Assembly: GCA_013239625.1 (NCBI GenBank) | Contig: MU053156.1 | Coordinates: forward strand, 312,467-376,466 | Length of the DNA: 64,000 bases | Direction: 5' to 3' | From: Lama guanicoe | Taxonomy: Eukaryota | Shown here: positions 24,841 through 38,080 of the stretch, one piece after another | Layout: each line of letters begins with the position of its first letter | Position numbering within the stretch: the stretch's first letter is position 1 | Made by a program: the position numbers and the translations under genes | The notes under the pieces: generated by a model | The model's database searches: none | What the model was told of the DNA's origin: nothing | What the model saw: only the letters and a program-made list of their open reading frames with translations

Positions 24841-27800
24841 GTACATTTCCCACCTCCTCATCAGATGACAGACGCTCTCCCCAGCAGGTCTTGAGAGACC
24901 TAAGGACTGTTTTCACGCGCATGCACTCTGAGAACTCGGGTCTGAGTGGCTGGCCGCCTCGCCCTGTGGCCACGTCGTCCCCAGGCGCTCTCGGCATCCG
25001 GCTGCTTCTGCATCTTCCTTAGACACGCACGATGGCCACCGGTGACCTAACATCGCAGACTCTTGCACAGGACCCCTCTGAAGAACTATTTTGATGATCC
25101 CACAGAGACACCTCTCTCACCGCAGGGACCACCTGGACTAACACTGAGATAAACACTCCATCTCTCCCGCGGGCCCCGCCCCACCTGCCCACAGCCTGGG
25201 CCGCCCGGCCCCAGGCCTCCTCTGCCCTGTCGGGCCCCTGCACTCACTTCCTCTGTAAGAAATGGGTCAAACTCCTCTGAAGGCCACTGGGAAGCTACTG
25301 GGTCCTGCTCATAGCACACACTTAAGGAGGGGAGAAGGGATCCTGGAAAAGCCCCTAAACTAGGAAGGACCCTCAGCCTCCCTGGAGAAGCCCAGGTGTG
25401 CAGACGCCGGATGGAGGTGGTCTGGCGGGAGGTGGGAGATGCTGAGAGCCAGCACATCGCCCCTGGGGGTCCTCACAGGGGCAGGAGCCTGAGGGCTGAC
25501 CCCCCTCCACGCTCCGTATCTCACCCTGGGGCTCTCCGCCCCACACATCCAAACCCGTCCCCTCCTGATCCGCAGGATGGGGTGGCGGGTGGGCATGTAC
25601 CCAATGGGGTAACTTCTTCTAAGACAACGTGATGGAATTACTGCTTCCCATACTGATTTCTGACAAAAGTGCCCACAATGCGGGCAGTTCTGTACATGGA
25701 ACGTGCTTTCAATGACACATCGTATGTAAAATAAACCATTGATAACAACGCTTGCCCACCTTAGGAGGATTTCTTTTTGAAATTCATGCTTTAAGTTCTC
25801 CATCTGGTTGATGTGCTTAAAAGTAATTTGTTTACCAGGTGCACAATGAGTGAATGGGTCATCTCCTATGAGGTATGTTCTCCCACCGGTCACTCCTTCT
25901 GAACAAGGGGGACCAGCAGGAAGCTCTGTGGAGTGACATGCAATGACCTGGGGCCAGAGGATGTGCCCCACCAGCATCTGGGATCCGTGCCCACAGGCGA
26001 CCTGCTTCAGATGGGTTTTCTCCAGAAGGGCAGACAAGTCCCCTCCAGGCACGTGTGTCCTCTCTGTCCCCGAACGGACGTGCCTCTCCCCCAGCAGTGC
26101 TCGGAGAGCCTCAGACACGGTCACTCGGTGTCAGCCCCAGCCTTGGCACCGAGGGGGGCAGTGCCAGTAGCCACGGAGGGAGGACAGTGAGCCCTGCTTC
26201 CCTCCTGCTCCCCACCCCGAGCACAGATAGGGGCTTCCTGGAACAGAAGCTCCTGTGCAACAGAAATCCGAGGGCTGTTTTCATCCTAAAGGAGGAATTT
26301 TAGACACTGTGAAGCAACCGCCCTGCCATCTTGCTTTTGGTGTGAAGGCTGCAGACACAAGGCATGGGGGTTAGAAGGGCTCATATTGTAGGTTTTCCTT
26401 TCTCTTCCTTGAAACTTTCTCATTCAGTTATTTGTCACACGCTTTTTAGTGTAGTTTACTTGGATTTTGTGTTTTACAAGCATATCCGATGTCCAAGGTG
26501 AAGACAGGGTGAGACGGGATGAAGGAGCCCCAGGGTCTGCCTGGGACCCGCTGACGAGGTGGGGGAGACCGTCCTCCTCACGGGTCTCCTGCAGTGAGGA
26601 GCACTCACCCGTGCACAGGATCAGACACACGCGCACACACGTGCACACGTGCACACACGGGAGAACTCGGGCAGCACACACGTGTAATTATTTTGTTGTC
26701 CGGAGTTTCTAAGACCGATTCAAGGCTCTTCCAGGTCCCGTGGTTGGGAACTGCCCTCGTCCCCGGGGATGTGCCCGCCGGTCACTGGGGCAGTGGGAAC
26801 ACAGAGCCTTGCTGCCTGCCCCCGTCCCCGAGCAGAGCAGCGGCAGGTCCCCACCCGAGGCTGCCCTTAGAACGTGGGTCTACTCGCTGCAGCAAGGCCG
26901 CCCTCGGCCCTTGTTTAACTACAGGAGGCCTCAGGTCTGCGGGCGCTGGCTCCAGGGCCAGCTCCGGCCCAAGCAAGGAAGGAGGTGACTGGCCAGCGTC
27001 CCCTCAGCTGTGCTTTGTCCGGCTGGATGTCCTCCCTCCCGTGTGGTTTTGTTTCCTGGTAGCACCCCTGGCGAAGGCACTGGTTGCGGGTCCAGGGATC
27101 CATCTGCGGCTCCTGTTCATGGTTCCTCCTCCTCACAGAACAAAGCCCTCATTTTCAAGTGGCTTCACAGCCATGTGGACTGGCTGACTCATGGTCCCAG
27201 CTTTTCCCTTCAGAGAGCCTGCATGTAATCAGATAATCCCAACCTTGGGCGTCTGTCCCCCTCTGGTCTTAACCTCAGACCTGCATGGACGCAGGAGTGG
27301 GTGGCACCGCTGCCCACCTGTTCCCCTCCAACCACACACCCATTGCTTCATCCATCTCCCCACTGACAGGTCAGGAGGCCCCACCAGGGAAGTGCAGGTT
27401 GCCACGGGGATGGAGCAATTGCCATGGGGACACATGCTGGGAAGTTGCCACCAGCAATATGCCCTCGAGTGCTCATGTATGAAGCTCAAAGCAGGTGACA
27501 CTGAGCTGCAGGTGAAGGGCCGGTGCTGTGACGGGTGTGAGAGGCTGGTGTAACCAACTGTGTACCTTCCCCTGTGTTTCCCCTCAAACAACAGAAAAAG
27601 GTTGGGTGTCCAGGCATCAGACACTTCTGTGCAAAGGCCCTGTGGCCACCAGAGACATCCTGGCCCTGTCCAAGGTCTGAAGTTGGGTCCCTGTGGATGC
27701 CAGGTGTGCAGGGCAAGGACGTGAGGTGCATATAGAGATGACACTAGGAACCAGGGCCAGTCCCTCCATGGAGACATTGGCTGATGTGTTTGTGGGCTTG

Positions 27801-29633
27801 GCACATGGCAGGCTCCACCCAGCTGCAGTCTGAGGCCCCTGGGGGGCTGCCTGGTCACGTGGGTAGGTAGGGCAGGTGGGACTCAAACCAAGCTGAGAAT
27901 AAAGAGTGGAGAGAATTGGGTGGATTAAAACTGAACTTGGAAGGAGGGATATCAGAGCTCGGGGCTGACTGGGTATGAGGTGCCCTGATTTAACTGAATC
28001 CGGCATCGGAAAGGCAGGTCTGCTTTCTGAGAGAGGGCATCGGGTGGCCAACAGTCCTTGGAGATGATTCAGAGGGAGGGATGATCCAGTGCCCTGGAGC
28101 AGCCGGGGGTGGGAGCTGGTGTCCAAAGAGGCCTGTGTCAGAGGCATAGCTGGACACCAACGTGGAAAGGGACCTGTGGCCAGGAAAGGACTCTGTCACC
28201 CAAGGGACAGCAAGGAAGAAAACTACCAGCAGAGCCAGCGGCCGGCACCCTCCTGACCCCCGCGCAGTCGGCAGCTCTGGGCTCTGGCCACCCCCCGGCT
28301 CGTCCTCCGGTGGCGGGAGTCCATCTGCAGAGACCCCTTCCCTGGGGGTCCCCGCCTGCTCCCCGCTGCGGTCAGGGTGCCCTGTGTTCCCTATCCCCAC
28401 GGTCCCCAGTGACCATCCTTGTCACTCAACAAGTAGATGTTCCCTTAATGCCAGGAACCCAGGAAACATGAAACAAGAGACGGTGCTTCAGGGCAGGCGA
28501 GCGTGTGAGGACCAGGCAGGGAGGAGGGGGCGTGGAGATGAGTCTGCGGGTGTCCGTCTAGGGTCCAGGGTTTATCCCGACGGCAGGGGCAGGGCCTGGA
28601 GCCTGAGGGTGTGGGAGAGAGGGGCCTGTCCCAGGGGACTGGGCAGTGACCGGGATGGAGGTGCGGGCTGGGGTGGGGGGCTGCCCCCAGTCGTCCAGGT
28701 GGAGGAGTGGCTTGTCCTTGGACCACACAGGGGACGCGGGAGCAGGGGAGCAGGACACCCTGAATCGCCTGTTGGAGGCTGAGCTGAGCCTCTTCAAGGA
28801 GGAGCCGTGAGAGGGCGTCTCTCATCACTGGGATCAAAGATGGCATCTCACGCCTCCCAGCTGCGGCTGCGGGGAGGGGTCATCTCCTGAGTCCTCCGCA
28901 GACCCTCCTGCTCCCCGTGACAGGTTCTCCTAACTTTAGAGGCTCAGTCAGGCTCCCTGGGGGTGGGTTGGGGTGCCCTCAGCTCCAGCAGCTCCGGGAA
29001 ATGCGGGGAGACAGGACCTTCCTCAGCACCAGCTCTGAGCTCTGAGCGGGAGGGACACACGGAGGTACAAGCTCAGGGGGCGTCTCGTGTCAAGTGAGCG
29101 CCTTCAGAGACTTAGGGTGTCTGGGGGGGAAGTGCGGGGGGCACAGACCCCAGGAGGAACCCCCCGCAGCCAGGATGCCAGGAGGGGGTGTCCTCACCCA
29201 CCCAAGAGGGGAGACAGTGGCGGCCTGGCAGGCCCTGCCTGGATGCTAAGCCCTGGGTGCCCCTGCGCCCCAGCATCTGACACCTGTCCTGTTACTGTCC
29301 ACAGCCGGAAACCCACCTCCTGGACCGCGACAGACCCACCCCTTCCCAGCTCACACTCCTGACCTCACACTTCTGTACACCCTGGTGTCATCGCCTCCTC
29401 ATTAGGGAAACAGACGCACCTCCCATGTCAAACCCCTGACACAGTGCTCCTCGGAGAGCAGGTCCTGACCAGCGTCCGCATGGTCAGTGAGCAACCGGAA
29501 CTCGGGTCTACATCACTGACACCCAGGCCACGTCTGAGGACATGGGGCTGCATATGGGTGAGACCCCTGCCCTCTCCCCACTCGGGGTTTGTGAAGTGAC
29601 AGGGTGTTCAGAGAGAGGGAGGGAGACAGAGAG

Positions 29634-30245
<612 letters not shown>

Positions 30246-33200
30246 CTGCAAGGCAACAGGCTCCGGTCAGCTGGGCCTCTGCCCCCAGAGCCCTAAGCAG
30301 GATCCTTTCCCTTCTTTTGTCTTTCCTGACCCCTGTGTCCACCCCCAGAAAACCAGCAGCCCCCAAGAATAGACATGAAAATCCTGAAACACCTCCCGGC
30401 CGGAGAGGCTTGCCTCACACACCCTCCTCCTGGTTCCCACAGGCTGGGGGCCCCCGTGCTCAGGGCCTCAGTGGGGCGGGGTTCCCTGTGCACCAAAGCA
30501 CAGAAAGAAACAGACTGAGAGCCCCTCACCGCCTCCCCCTCTTCCAGGTGAGGGAGTGGGAAATAGCCTCAGTTTGTAACTTATAATAGAAATAGTTACA
30601 ATGTGCAGGATTAGAGGGGGCCTGGGAAGGTGACAGTGGTTAGGGAATACATTGAGGACGTGGAAGATGCCCCTGAAGAACACGATGGCTCTCAAATGCG
30701 GTTTACACATCACGTGATGGCAAACAGGTTTCCAGTGAGAAAGTATTTTTTAATTGCAATAGAAATCAATAGCATTGATTACACAGGAAAAAACTAAAGG
30801 TATTCTCAAGGGTAGTGTGTTCTGCAAAAGATTTTTAAAATTTTCTCAATCAGTTTACTGTGAATGTGGGCACGCTTTTCCCAGAGTGATAGCTGCTCAT
30901 CATCTTCACATCTTCACAGAAATGCTTCACAGGCCTGAGTTCATTTGCTCCCAAGCAGAGGAACAGGTTCATGTACTGCCTACTGGATACCTTTTCTGGT
31001 TCCCAAGCTTGGTGCCAGCATTTGAAAGGGCCTCACTGACTCGCAAGTCCAAACCTGCATCTGACACACAGGATGGGTCCCCAGATCCGAAGACGCAGAC
31101 CCCTTGCAGGGCAGGCTGCTGGTTCCAGTTCCCAGAGCTCCAGTCCAGGAGGACCCCGGACAGGGCCTCGTGGGAGGGGCAGCGTGTGCCCCGGGGCTGG
31201 GGGATGGGCGGCACCACTTGCTGGGCAAACCCCCAGGTTCTCACTCCTCCAGCTGAGCCACGGTGAACGTTGAACATAACCCTGGCTGCTCGAGTTGGGC
31301 CCCATTTCTGGAAACAGCTCACAGTGTTTTCCCCAATTTCTTCTTGACTTACTTGTTTCTCCGCACTGAGTTTCAGCCTCTTCACCCCAGTGTCAGCATG
31401 ACTGACGACGTTCCTCTCATTTTCCTTCCTTCAGAAGCTCGGGGGCAGAAATTACCCCACAGAGACACTATGGGGACTGCTGACAGCTAGTGACATGGCC
31501 CAGGTTTACCTCAGAGGGAAACCACCTCAAGTTGACGCAGAGATGCCAGGAGAGCCCTTTTCCTGTTTCTTCCACAGTGTCCCCGAGGGGGGATGTGAGC
31601 CTGGTCTGCGTTCTTGCTGAGGCTTTCTCGTTATTGTCATAAAGATGATCTCTTCACTCCAGACAGTGACGCAGCCCTGGGAGCAGGGTGGCCTCAGGTG
31701 CGGTCTCTGGGGTCCCTCCGGCCATCCCGAGACCCCTTGACCTCAGGAGGGGTCCTTCTGTCACCTCCTCCCCCGCCCGCTCCGAGCACACTGGGTGCCT
31801 GAAGCTTCCTGTGCCGCTGTCCAGGGTCCTGACTTGTCCCCGAGCCCAGGGCACCAGGCCGGCCTTGGGTTTGCCTCACGTTTTCCTGTGGTAGAACCAG
31901 TGCCTGCAGTGTGTCGTCAACACACAAGCCCAGGTTTTACTTTATTATTAGACCAACAAGCGTCTCAAATTTCTATAGCAACCCTGTGCTCATGCCTGGG
32001 TCCTGTGCCTGTCCTGGGCTGCTCCACGGTCGGCGTGTGGGAGCCATGCTCAAGCTGATGGTGCACAGAGCACCTGGGTGCTGGAGGAGGCTGTGGACCT
32101 CAGACAGGGGCCTGAGACGCTGCATTCCTAAGAAGCATCCAGTGGTGCCAGTGCCTCCAGCCCACAGACACAGTGCAGTGAGAGCCCCAAGTGTTTTGCA
32201 CCGAGAGACTTCAGAACCCCAGTTTGCACACAGGCATCACTTGCAGGCTTGTCGAGGGGGCACGGCTGGCTGGGTCTCCCTGCCAGAGACCAGTTTAACC
32301 TGGGGCTCAGCCTGGGCCTTGGGTACTGAAAAGGCCAGGAGACTCTGCTGGCCTTGCCTTAGACTTGGGCCCCCGCATCCTCTCCCCAAATAGCCCATCC
32401 CTAAAGCCACTGAAGATGCAGGTGATTATGATGAGGTCCTGGCCTGCCTGGCAGGGCCAAAAGCTCCCCAAAACCATCAGAAACTAGACCAACTCTGAAT
32501 TTTTGTTCAAAAACATTTAATTTTTGGTCAGAATTCAGGGACTCTCTGATCCCCTTTGGCTGTGTCCTGTGTGTGCATTGTCTGTGTGATCTCTGTCACT
32601 TTTTTTCTCATTTATCTACCTGGTCAGCATCTTGGGCTCAACTATTAAAAATTCAAGGAAGTGTGATCCCAAATTGGTCACAGGAAACTTGGCTGATGTA
32701 AAAAGGCTGCCCTCCATCAGTGTGAGCCCTGCTTTCCTACAGAGAGGATGTCTTCCTATTTTTATTGACTCACTTCAGTGCTTTTAAAAATGCATCCCAA
32801 ACGCCTTCACTGTGATCACGTAAACTTTGTTTCAAACAAACAAAGACAAACAAGATTGGAATTTAACTGTTAAATTTGCACTGCAGATCTTGTAAAAATT
32901 AAATAAGGATTTATTTATAGATGCAGCCCAAACCCTCCAGCCCAACCCGAACAGTCCAGCTTTCTCTGTGTTATGAGGTCGTAGCTGCCTCCACGGGACA
33001 CAGTGCGAGGTACCCAACCCCCTCCTGAAGACGTCCTCTTCTCCCCATTTCATTCTCCTGCTTACACGTGGAAGACATCCAAGAAGCTTAAAGCTGTGGA
33101 TGACACACTACGTCTGGTGAATTCTGTTCTGAGTTCATACAAGCATGAAATTCTTGTAGGCAAAAATGTAAGTGTCTCTTGAATGGATGTGGCTTTTATG

Positions 33201-34026
33201 CTAAAACTTTAATTAATTTCTTTGTATTCTTCTCAAATGTGTCTTCCTGGAATGTGACAGACAGGGCTTGCACAACAGGACCAGCTGACCCGGATTTCAA
33301 GTGTTCACTGAATCCGGAATGGCTCACACCTCAAATTCATCAGCGTATGTGGGACCTTGAAATCAGAGCTCTAATGGTTCTTAAAAAGAGCAGGAGCTTC
33401 CAGCGCTTCTGCAGAAAGTACAGACTGGTCCTCAAGGGCACGACCTCCTGCGGTCTGTGTATGCTGGGGGTGGGGCTGGCCCCCCACTGGGCCTGGCCTG
33501 GCAGCTGCAGGGCCCCCTGGGCAAGTGGAGCTGAAGGTAGGAGTACTCTTTCTAACAGCTGGGAACCAAACCCAAAGTAAACTGGGTAGATCCCTGTGCC
33601 TGAGTCCTCCCAGACATTCAGGTCCCTTTTCTGTCTGGAGCCTGGCTTTTGTGGGGGATGAGGTGGAAGGGGAGGGGGAGAGACAGAGCTGGGAGGGGAG
33701 GAAACAGGGAGAGCAGAGGGGAGGTGCCCCGTGCCGCCCTCCCCTCCTGCCCGGCCATCCAGAAGGGCCGGACTGGGCCCTGCAGAGCCTGACTGATGTG
33801 AGCCCATCCCTGCATCTCTTTCTTCGCTCTGGACGCTTCAGGCAACAAAACTAACCAGCTAACTCATTAAACTAGTGGGGTAAATAGATAATAGTTTTCC
33901 AGATGCAGCAGTGGCCCCACTCAAGGCTCAGGCGATTCTGAGGAAAGATTCCAGAGAGAACAGTGTGAAATGGCTGCTTGGACAAAACTGTGTCCTGAAC
34001 TCTGGTTGTGAACAGCAGGTGCCGTG

Positions 34027-34481
34027 TGAGCCGCTGACTCTGTGAACATCCTTGTCTCAGCAGAGAAAGCTGCACAAAGTGCCCGGGAGGACGAGCTCCC
34101 TGGTCGCTGACCCCCACCTGGGGATTGGTCTTCCTCCACGTGGCCCCTGCACACCTTCCTAGAGTCACTGAACTTGATGAAGTTAACACTCAAGCGTCCA
34201 GGACACTAGAAGCCTCTGAGGGCCGCACGGGTGCTGGTCACCAGTGCCCCCTGATGAGCCGCTGACTCTGTGAACATCCTTGTCTCAGCAGAGAAAGCTG
34301 CACAAAGTGCCCTGGAGGACGAGCTCCCTGGTCGCTGACCCCCACCTGGGGACTGGTCTTCCTCCACGTGGCCCTTGCACACCTTCCTAGAGTCACTGAA
34401 CTTGATGGAGTTAACACTCAAGCGTCCAGGGCACTAGAAGCCTCTGAGGGCCGCACGGGTGCTGGTCACCAGTGCCCCCTG
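34027..34481. repeat. Tandem duplication, 2 x 227 bp (period 228)
   Basis: 34027-34253 and 34255-34481; junction insertion 'a'; paired ORFs MSVN(F/S)IKFSDSRKVC are offset by 228. Confidence 0.93.
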
Positions 34482-34614
34482 CCCAGCAACTGTGAGGTCC
34501 CCCCTCTGCCCCGACCAGGCTCCCAGACCCTTCCAAACCACCCTTCAGATACATCCTACAAGATCACGTCTCCCTGGAGAGTCACGCTTCACCTGAAGCA
34601 CAACAGCGGTCACT

Positions 34615-35290
34615 CAGGAAGGACCAGTCCCACCTCTTCAGTGAGAGTGAGCGTCCCTGCTGACGCGGCCCCCGGCTCCGCGACCTGCAGCCTCCTCTCT
34701 TCTCGCTCCGCCTGGTAGGCCCAGGCGGCCCCAGAGCCAGTCAGCCATCAGGAGAGACGACAAGAGAAGCTCAAGCAAGTTTTCCTTTTCTTTTTGTTTT
34801 CATCAGCCGGTCCCAGGAGCTCAGTACCGACGGTGAACACCGAGGGCACGGAAGCCGGGCCTGGCGCCGGCTGTGAGCCCGTCTTGCAGGTCCCCAGAGT
34901 AGGCGGCCCTGGGCCCGGCTGCAGGCCGGCAAAGCTGCTGCCCGGCACCTAACAGGAAGGACCAGTCCCATCTCTTCAGTGAGAGTGAGCGTCCCTGCTG
35001 ATGTGGCCCCCAGCTCCACGACGGGCGGCCTCCTCTCTTCTCGCTCTGCCTGGTAGGCCCAGGCGGCCCCAGAGCCAGTCAGCCATCAGGAGAGATGACA
35101 AGTGAAGCTCAAGCAACAGTTTTTCTTTCCTTTTTGTTTTCATCAGCCGGTCCCAGGAGCTCAGTACCTATGGTGAACACCGAGGGCACGGAAGCCGGGC
35201 CCGGCGCCGGCTGTGAGCCCGTCTTGCAGGTCCCCAGAGCAGGCGGCCCTGGGCCCGGCTGCAGGCCGGCAAAGCTGCTGCCCGGCACCT
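34615..35290. repeat. Tandem duplication, 2 x ~337 bp
   Basis: 34615-34950 and 34953-35290; junction insertion 'aa'. Confidence 0.93.
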
Positions 35291-35869
35291 GCCCGAGGAG
35301 GAGGGGGGCCCGAGGCTCCGGGTCCCGGGATGAAGTCCACGGTGCACAGCAGGCCCTGTGCGGCCTCGTGACTTGATTAGGAAAACCCAGCTCAGAGCGG
35401 GGATGCCAGTGCAAAACAGTCCTTTAAAAAGTCGGAGGTCTGCAGACATGCTGGCACAGCTAACCATAGATGATTTTCGTAAACAAGAGCGTTAATGGAG
35501 CAATGAAAGGAAACATTTCGGTTAATCAATACTGCCTTTCACAATTGCCCTCTGAAACAAATGCTTAGGGAAGGGCCGGGGTTCTAACAAAGTGTTGATT
35601 TACTGTAAAGGCAGCTAAGTACGAACGATGGTGTCAGAGATGCCGAGATCAGGTTGTTTTGTTTTAAGGGAGTAAAATAGGATAATTCTAGTAATTATCA
35701 ACCAGAGAGATTTTACTCTGTGACAGTGAAAATAGCTCTGGTTAAAAGAAAGTTGAAAAGAGGAAATGCCTCTAAATTAGAATATAAAATAGTAATTGTA
35801 GCTTCACTGATGTTTTAAAGAATAGATTATTTCAGAACAACAAGCCAATGTCCTCTTTAAACATAAATA

Positions 35870-36020
35870 GGGGGAGGGTACAACTCCGTGGTACAGTGCC
35901 TGCTTAGCGTGCATGAGGTCCCGGGTGCAATTCCCAGTACCTCCATTAAAACCTAAAAATAGATAAACCAATTACCTCCCCTGCCACCCCCAAAAAACCA
36001 AGTTAAAAAATATATAAATA
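35870..36020 (+). mobile_element. tRNA-Ala-derived SINE (Vic-1-like)
   Basis: ggggagggtacaactccgtggtacagtgcctgcttagcgtgcatgaggtcccgggtgcaattcccagtacctccatt plus A-rich tail. Confidence 0.85.
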
Positions 36021-36029
36021 AAGCAAAGC

Positions 36030-36330
36030 AGCAAAAGACAGACAAATAAGACTATAAAAATGACAGCCTGCTGCACATTAGAGGACACAGCCAGCAGAGT
36101 GAATAGGAATTTATGAAACGGGAGAAACTATTTGCAAATCATGTGTCTGACGGGGGGTTACTGTCCAGAGTATAGAACAAACTCACAATTCAGCAGCAGC
36201 AGCAACAAAAATGACCCAGTGAGCGGCCTGAACAGACGTTTCTCCAAAGACATGCAAACGGCCAGATCACATGAAAAGATGCTGAACATCAGATAAAGAT
36301 AGAAACCACCGCGAGATACCGCCTCTCACC
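36030..36330 (+). mobile_element. Old L1 ORF2 fragment
   Basis: gggagaaactatttgcaaatcatgtgtctgac...gaacagacgtttctccaaag...catgaaaagatgctgaacatc. Confidence 0.7.
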
Positions 36331-36877
36331 CAAACCTTCGATGCCGGATGGTCTCGCTCTTCCCAGCCCCGCGCTCTGGCCCCCAGACTAGGCATTTCAA
36401 GCTGTTGTCAGAACCGAGCAGGGTTCGCAGGTTCCGCAAAGACTGCCGCGATGGGCACATGATGGAACGTGTGGGCGTTGCATAGTTCTCTAACAGTCAC
36501 CAGAGTCAGGCAAACAAAACATCTGCCCCAGAGAAACGTGGCTCAGAGACACACGGTCACTGAGCCCACTGAGGTCTCCACCCAAAGCTCACTAAGCGGC
36601 CAGGGTGCAGGACGCACCCTGCAGCCCCCGAGGGGCGACTTCACATTTCTGCCCAGGCCAGACATGGGTCCTTCCATCCTGTCTTGGGAAACGTCAGATC
36701 CCAGGAGGAGCAGACGGGCGGACCCCCGGTCCTGGGGATAACTGGGGACAAGGCAAACCTCCCACTGCCCCGCAGCACACGCCAACTACACGTGACACTG
36801 CACACTTTCAATGGAAACCACAGGGTTTCTTTCCAACTTTGAGAGCACTGTAAGGTTATTTCACTCTTAGGCACTTA

Positions 36878-37200
<323 letters not shown>

Positions 37201-37559
37201 CTGGTCACAGAAGAAACAGGAGAGGAAGGGGCAGGGAGGAACATTAAGATGCATCTTTGAGGAGGTGACACGTGGCTTGGGAACTCTCGGTACTTCCGGC
37301 TCAATTTTACTGCAAACCTGAAACTGTTCTAAAGATGTCTATTAACTTAAAAAAAAAATAAATTACATAATGTCCAAAGGAGAACAGACTCAGATGAAAA
37401 TGAAAATGCAATAAAGGACATCAAAGAAAGGCAGAAACGTCCAGGAGGATGAAGGTGACAAAGTGCATTCGTCAAGGTCAGGAGGAGCAGCGGGAAGGGG
37501 AGGCAGGCACGGGGGAGCGGTGTCTGCGGAGCCAGAGCCGCAGAGCAGGCCTGACGCTT

Positions 37560-38080
37560 GAACTGCGACCCGAGGAACCTGTCCAGAACCAGAGACACCT
37601 CACCAGACAGTAAGGCACGCTACGCAAACCATGGCTAGAAATTCCAGAAATAAACCCAAACACAGGTGAAAATTCAGTCCAGGGCAAAGCAGACTCTCCA
37701 AGATCCGGGATGAAGATGGACATTCTAATAAATGGTCCTGAGACAGCTGGGCAGCCATTTGGAAAGAGACAAAACTAAACCCACATTTCACGCTGTACAC
37801 AATCGCAAACTTCCACTGGGTTGGGGAGCTGAGTGGAAACATGAAATTACACAAACACCAGGAAAAATCCAGGAAGGTCCTCTTCAAACACTGGTTCAGA
37901 AAAAGCCTTTTCATGACTCAACATCCAGAGGTGTTAAAGGGAAGACTGACACATTAGACTAATAGAATTTTTAAATGTATGACCAAAAAAGGAAAACAAA
38001 AACCAAAAAAACCCCAGAACAGGTCAAAAGACAAACGGAGAGAAAACACCTTGCAACTCGTGTCAATCGTATTGTGATGG
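37560..38080 (+). mobile_element. Old L1M ORF2 fragment
   Basis: ccagaaataaacccaaacac...aataaatggtcctgagacagctgggcagccatttggaaa...aggtcaaaagacaaac. Confidence 0.6.

Noticed and set aside
25360..26124. 254-aa minus-strand ORF with a protein-like stretch (ITFKHINQMENLKHEFQKEILLR)
   Set aside because: Non-ATG start, no family recognised, lies in a CNTNAP-like intron; BLASTx would be needed
33060..33175. Short plus-strand open stretch ending in AAT|GTAAGT
   Set aside because: No convincing acceptor or recognisable peptide
35870..35945. tRNA-Ala-like sequences (also at 20297, 40760, 41195, 47855)
   Set aside because: Degenerate stems, A-rich tails and dispersed copies indicate SINEs rather than tRNA genes
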